DNA of 64,000 bases from an uncultured Actinomycetes bacterium (GTDB lineage: Bacteria > Actinomycetota > Thermoleophilia > Gaiellales > JAICJC01), in assembly GCA_963707585.1 (NCBI GenBank), contig CAVPQP010000010.1, positions 26,717-90,716 on the forward strand, given 5' to 3'. Within the stretch, counting starts at the first letter, position 1, and each line of letters begins with the position of its first letter. The notes under the pieces were generated by a model that was given only the letters and a program-made list of their open reading frames with translations, ran no database searches and was not told the origin of the DNA. A program made the position numbers and the translations under genes. Shown piece after piece: positions 58,580-64,000 of the stretch.

Positions 58580-59687
58580 GTGATGGCGGCGGTCCTCGTG
58601 CTCGAGGACGGCAGCGTGCACCGCGGCCGACCCTACGGCGCGCACGGCATCGCCGTGGGCGAGGTCGTCTTCACGACCTCGATGACCGGCTACCAGGAGG
58701 TCGTCACCGACCCCTCCTTCGCCGGCCAGCTGATCACCTTCACGCAGCCCATGATCGGCAACTACGGTGTCGAGGCCGACGCCTCCGAGTCGGCCGCGCC
58801 GGCCGCCCGCGCGGTGATCGTGCGCGAGGGCCGAAACGCCACGCCGAACGGGCGCGAGGGCTTCTCCGACTGGCTGGCGGCGCGGGGGATCGTCGGCCTG
58901 CAGGGGGTCGACACCCGCGCGATCACCCGCCGGCTGCGCGACGGCGGATCCGTGCGCGGCGCCGTCTCGACGGGCACCGCCGCGATCGCCGAGGTGCTCG
59001 AGCTCGTGCGGGGCGAGCCGGCGATGCTCGGCCGCGCGCTCGCGGCCGATGTCTCCCGCCTGCGGCCCGAGAGCGTCCCTGCGTGCGGGCCCGAGCGCGC
59101 CCACGTGGCCGTGCTCGACTACGGCGTCAAGTCCTCGATCGTGCGCCTGCTGAGCGAGGCCGGCGCCCGGGTGACGGTGTTCCCGTGGGACTGCGGCGCC
59201 GCCGAGGTGCTGGCAGCGCAGCCCGACGGCATCGTGCTCGGCAACGGCCCCGGCGACCCGGCGGCGCTGCCGCACTGCGTCGCGGTCGTCGGCGATCTCG
59301 TCGGCGCGGTGCCCCTGCTCGGGATCTGCCTCGGCCACCAGCTGCTCGGCCAGGCCCTCGGCCTGGAGACGTTCAAGCTGCGCTTCGGCCACCGCGGCGC
59401 CAACCATCCGGTGATCGAGCTCGACACCGGTCGCGTGCTCGTCACCGCCCAGAACCACGGCTTCGCGGTGCGCCCACCCGATGCCGGCCGCGACTTCGAC
59501 ACCCGCTTCGGCCGCGCCCGGGTCACGCACACGTCGCTCTACGACGGCACGGTCGAAGGGCTCGAGCTGACCGGCCTGCCGGTGTCGTCGGTGCAGTTCC
59601 ACCCCGAGGCCAGCCCCGGCCCGCACGACGCCCGCACCACCCTGACCGAGTTCGTCGCCGGGCTCGCGCAGGCGGCACCGAGGGCCG

Positions 59688-59695
<8 letters not shown>
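58580..59695 (+). CDS. carA: Carbamoyl-phosphate synthase small (glutaminase) subunit
   Basis: 371 aa. Motif TSMTGYQE, catalytic GICLGHQLL and VQFHPE. Confidence 0.92.
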
Positions 59696-62858
<3,163 letters not shown>

Positions 62859-63541
62859 CCTGCCCGTCGCCGCGGTCGAGGCGGTCGGCGCCTACACGCT
62901 CCTGCGCCTGCACGACGACGGCGCCGATCCGGGTGTCCCCGGGCAGTTCTTCATGCTCCGCGCCGAGCCGGCGCCGGACAGCGCCTATCTGCCGCGGGCG
63001 GTGTCGGCGGCCTGGGCGGGCGACGGCGAGCTGGCGTTCCTCCTGGACGTGCGCGGGGAGGGGACGCGGGCGCTCGCACACGCCCGTTCGGTGGCGGTGG
63101 TGGGGCCGCTCGGGCAGGGATTCCGCACCCCGCCCGGCGACGCGATCCTGGTGGGCGGCGGCATCGGGGCGGCGATCCTGCCCTGGCTGCGGCGCCGGCT
63201 GGCGCCGCACGGGCGCGTGCAGACGGTGCTCGGATTCCGCACGCCGGCCCATGCCGTGTGCGCCGGGCTGGTCGATCCCGACGCGGCCGTCGCGATCGAG
63301 CCGACGCTCGTCACCGAGCCGCTGGCCCGGCTGCTGCCTGCGCGCGCGACCGTGTACGCGTGCGGCCCCGACCGGATGCTGCAGGCCGTGGCAGCACTCT
63401 GCGCCGAGCACGACGTGCCCTGCCAGCTCGCGATGGAGGCGGCGATGGCGTGCGGCTTCGGCGCCTGCTACGGATGCGCCGTTCGCATCGACGGGACCTG
63501 GAAGCGGCTGTGCGTCGAGGGGCCGGTGGTGGAGGCCGCCC

Positions 63542-64000
63542 GTGTCCTCGCCTGATCTTCGCACCGAGCTCTGCGGGGTCGCCCTCGCGAACCCGCTCGT
63601 GAACGGCTCGGGCACGCTCGACGCGCTCGCCGCCGGCACGCTCGGCCTCGGGGCGTTCGTCACGAAGACGGTCACGCTGCACCCGCGCGAGGGCAACCCG
63701 CCGCCGCGGATCGCCGAGACACCGGCGGGCATGGTCAACTCCATCGGGCTTGCGAACCCGGGGCTCGCGGCCTTCTGCGAGCAGCACCTGCCGCGGCTGG
63801 GCGAGCTGGGCGTGCCGGTGATCGCGAGCGTCGGCGGCTGGTCGCCGACCGAGTACACAACGGCGGTCGCCCGGCTCGGGGCCGATCCGGCGGTGGCCGC
63901 CATCGAGCTGAACGTGTCGTGCCCCAACGTCGAGTCGGGCTGCATCTCGATCGGCACCGACCCGCACGAGACGCGCGCGCTGGTCGAGCGCTGCCGCGCC
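63542..64000 (+). CDS. pyrD: Dihydroorotate dehydrogenase (class 1B) catalytic subunit, 3-prime partial
   Basis: GTG 63542 opens a frame that runs to the window end. It is absent from the ORF track because it has no stop. Translation VSSPDLRTELCGVALANPLVNGSGT...AGMVNSIGLANPG...ELNVSCPN. Confidence 0.88.
   Translation, partial: MSSPDLRTELCGVALANPLVNGSGTLDALAAGTLGLGAFVTKTVTLHPREGNPPPRIAETPAGMVNSIGLANPGLAAFCEQHLPRLGELGVPVIASVGGWSPTEYTTAVARLGADPAVAAIELNVSCPNVESGCISIGTDPHETRALVERCRA

Overview
High-GC (visually about 70%; not computed) bacterial chromosomal window. The gene content looks Actinomycetota-like, possibly Thermoleophilia/Rubrobacteria-type, but this is a guess from content alone. I support about 60 protein genes, one tRNA-Arg(CCG), two regulatory sites and one small repeat family. 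I saw no rRNA, CRISPR array, transposase or integrase.

Most of the window is housekeeping:
- secDF, 5-prime partial at the left edge
- recJ and rel
- cydAB and ndh
- zwf, GH15, GMC oxidoreductase and mutarotase
- folP and rnz
- a Firmicutes-style pyrimidine operon, pyrR-pyrB-pyrC-carA-carB-pyrK-pyrD, with pyrD 3-prime partial at the right edge

Items worth a second look:
1. An uncharacterised divergent glycoconjugate-tailoring cluster at 2268-10758. It holds two AlkP-type phosphodiesterase paralogs, two ATP-grasp ligases, a GT4, a deacetylase-like gene and a SAM-methyltransferase. Its two terminal genes carry three localised +1 frameshifts.
2. A textbook promoter with two perfect LexA (Cheo) boxes at 51936-51981, in front of a LysM gene plus a coupled 87-aa ORF. 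No lexA gene is next to it.
3. A DgcA/DgcN-like pair followed by tandem M29 aminopeptidases.
4. Paired GGGGACWGTCCCC palindromes at two convergent gene junctions.
5. A recurring TANNNT-N6/7-start-codon geometry that suggests leaderless mRNAs.
6. A PyrR-binding-loop-like motif overlapping the pyrR ribosome-binding site.

Many very long ORFs in the track are antisense artefacts of the high GC content and are rejected. All family assignments come from motif recognition by eye. No database search was run.
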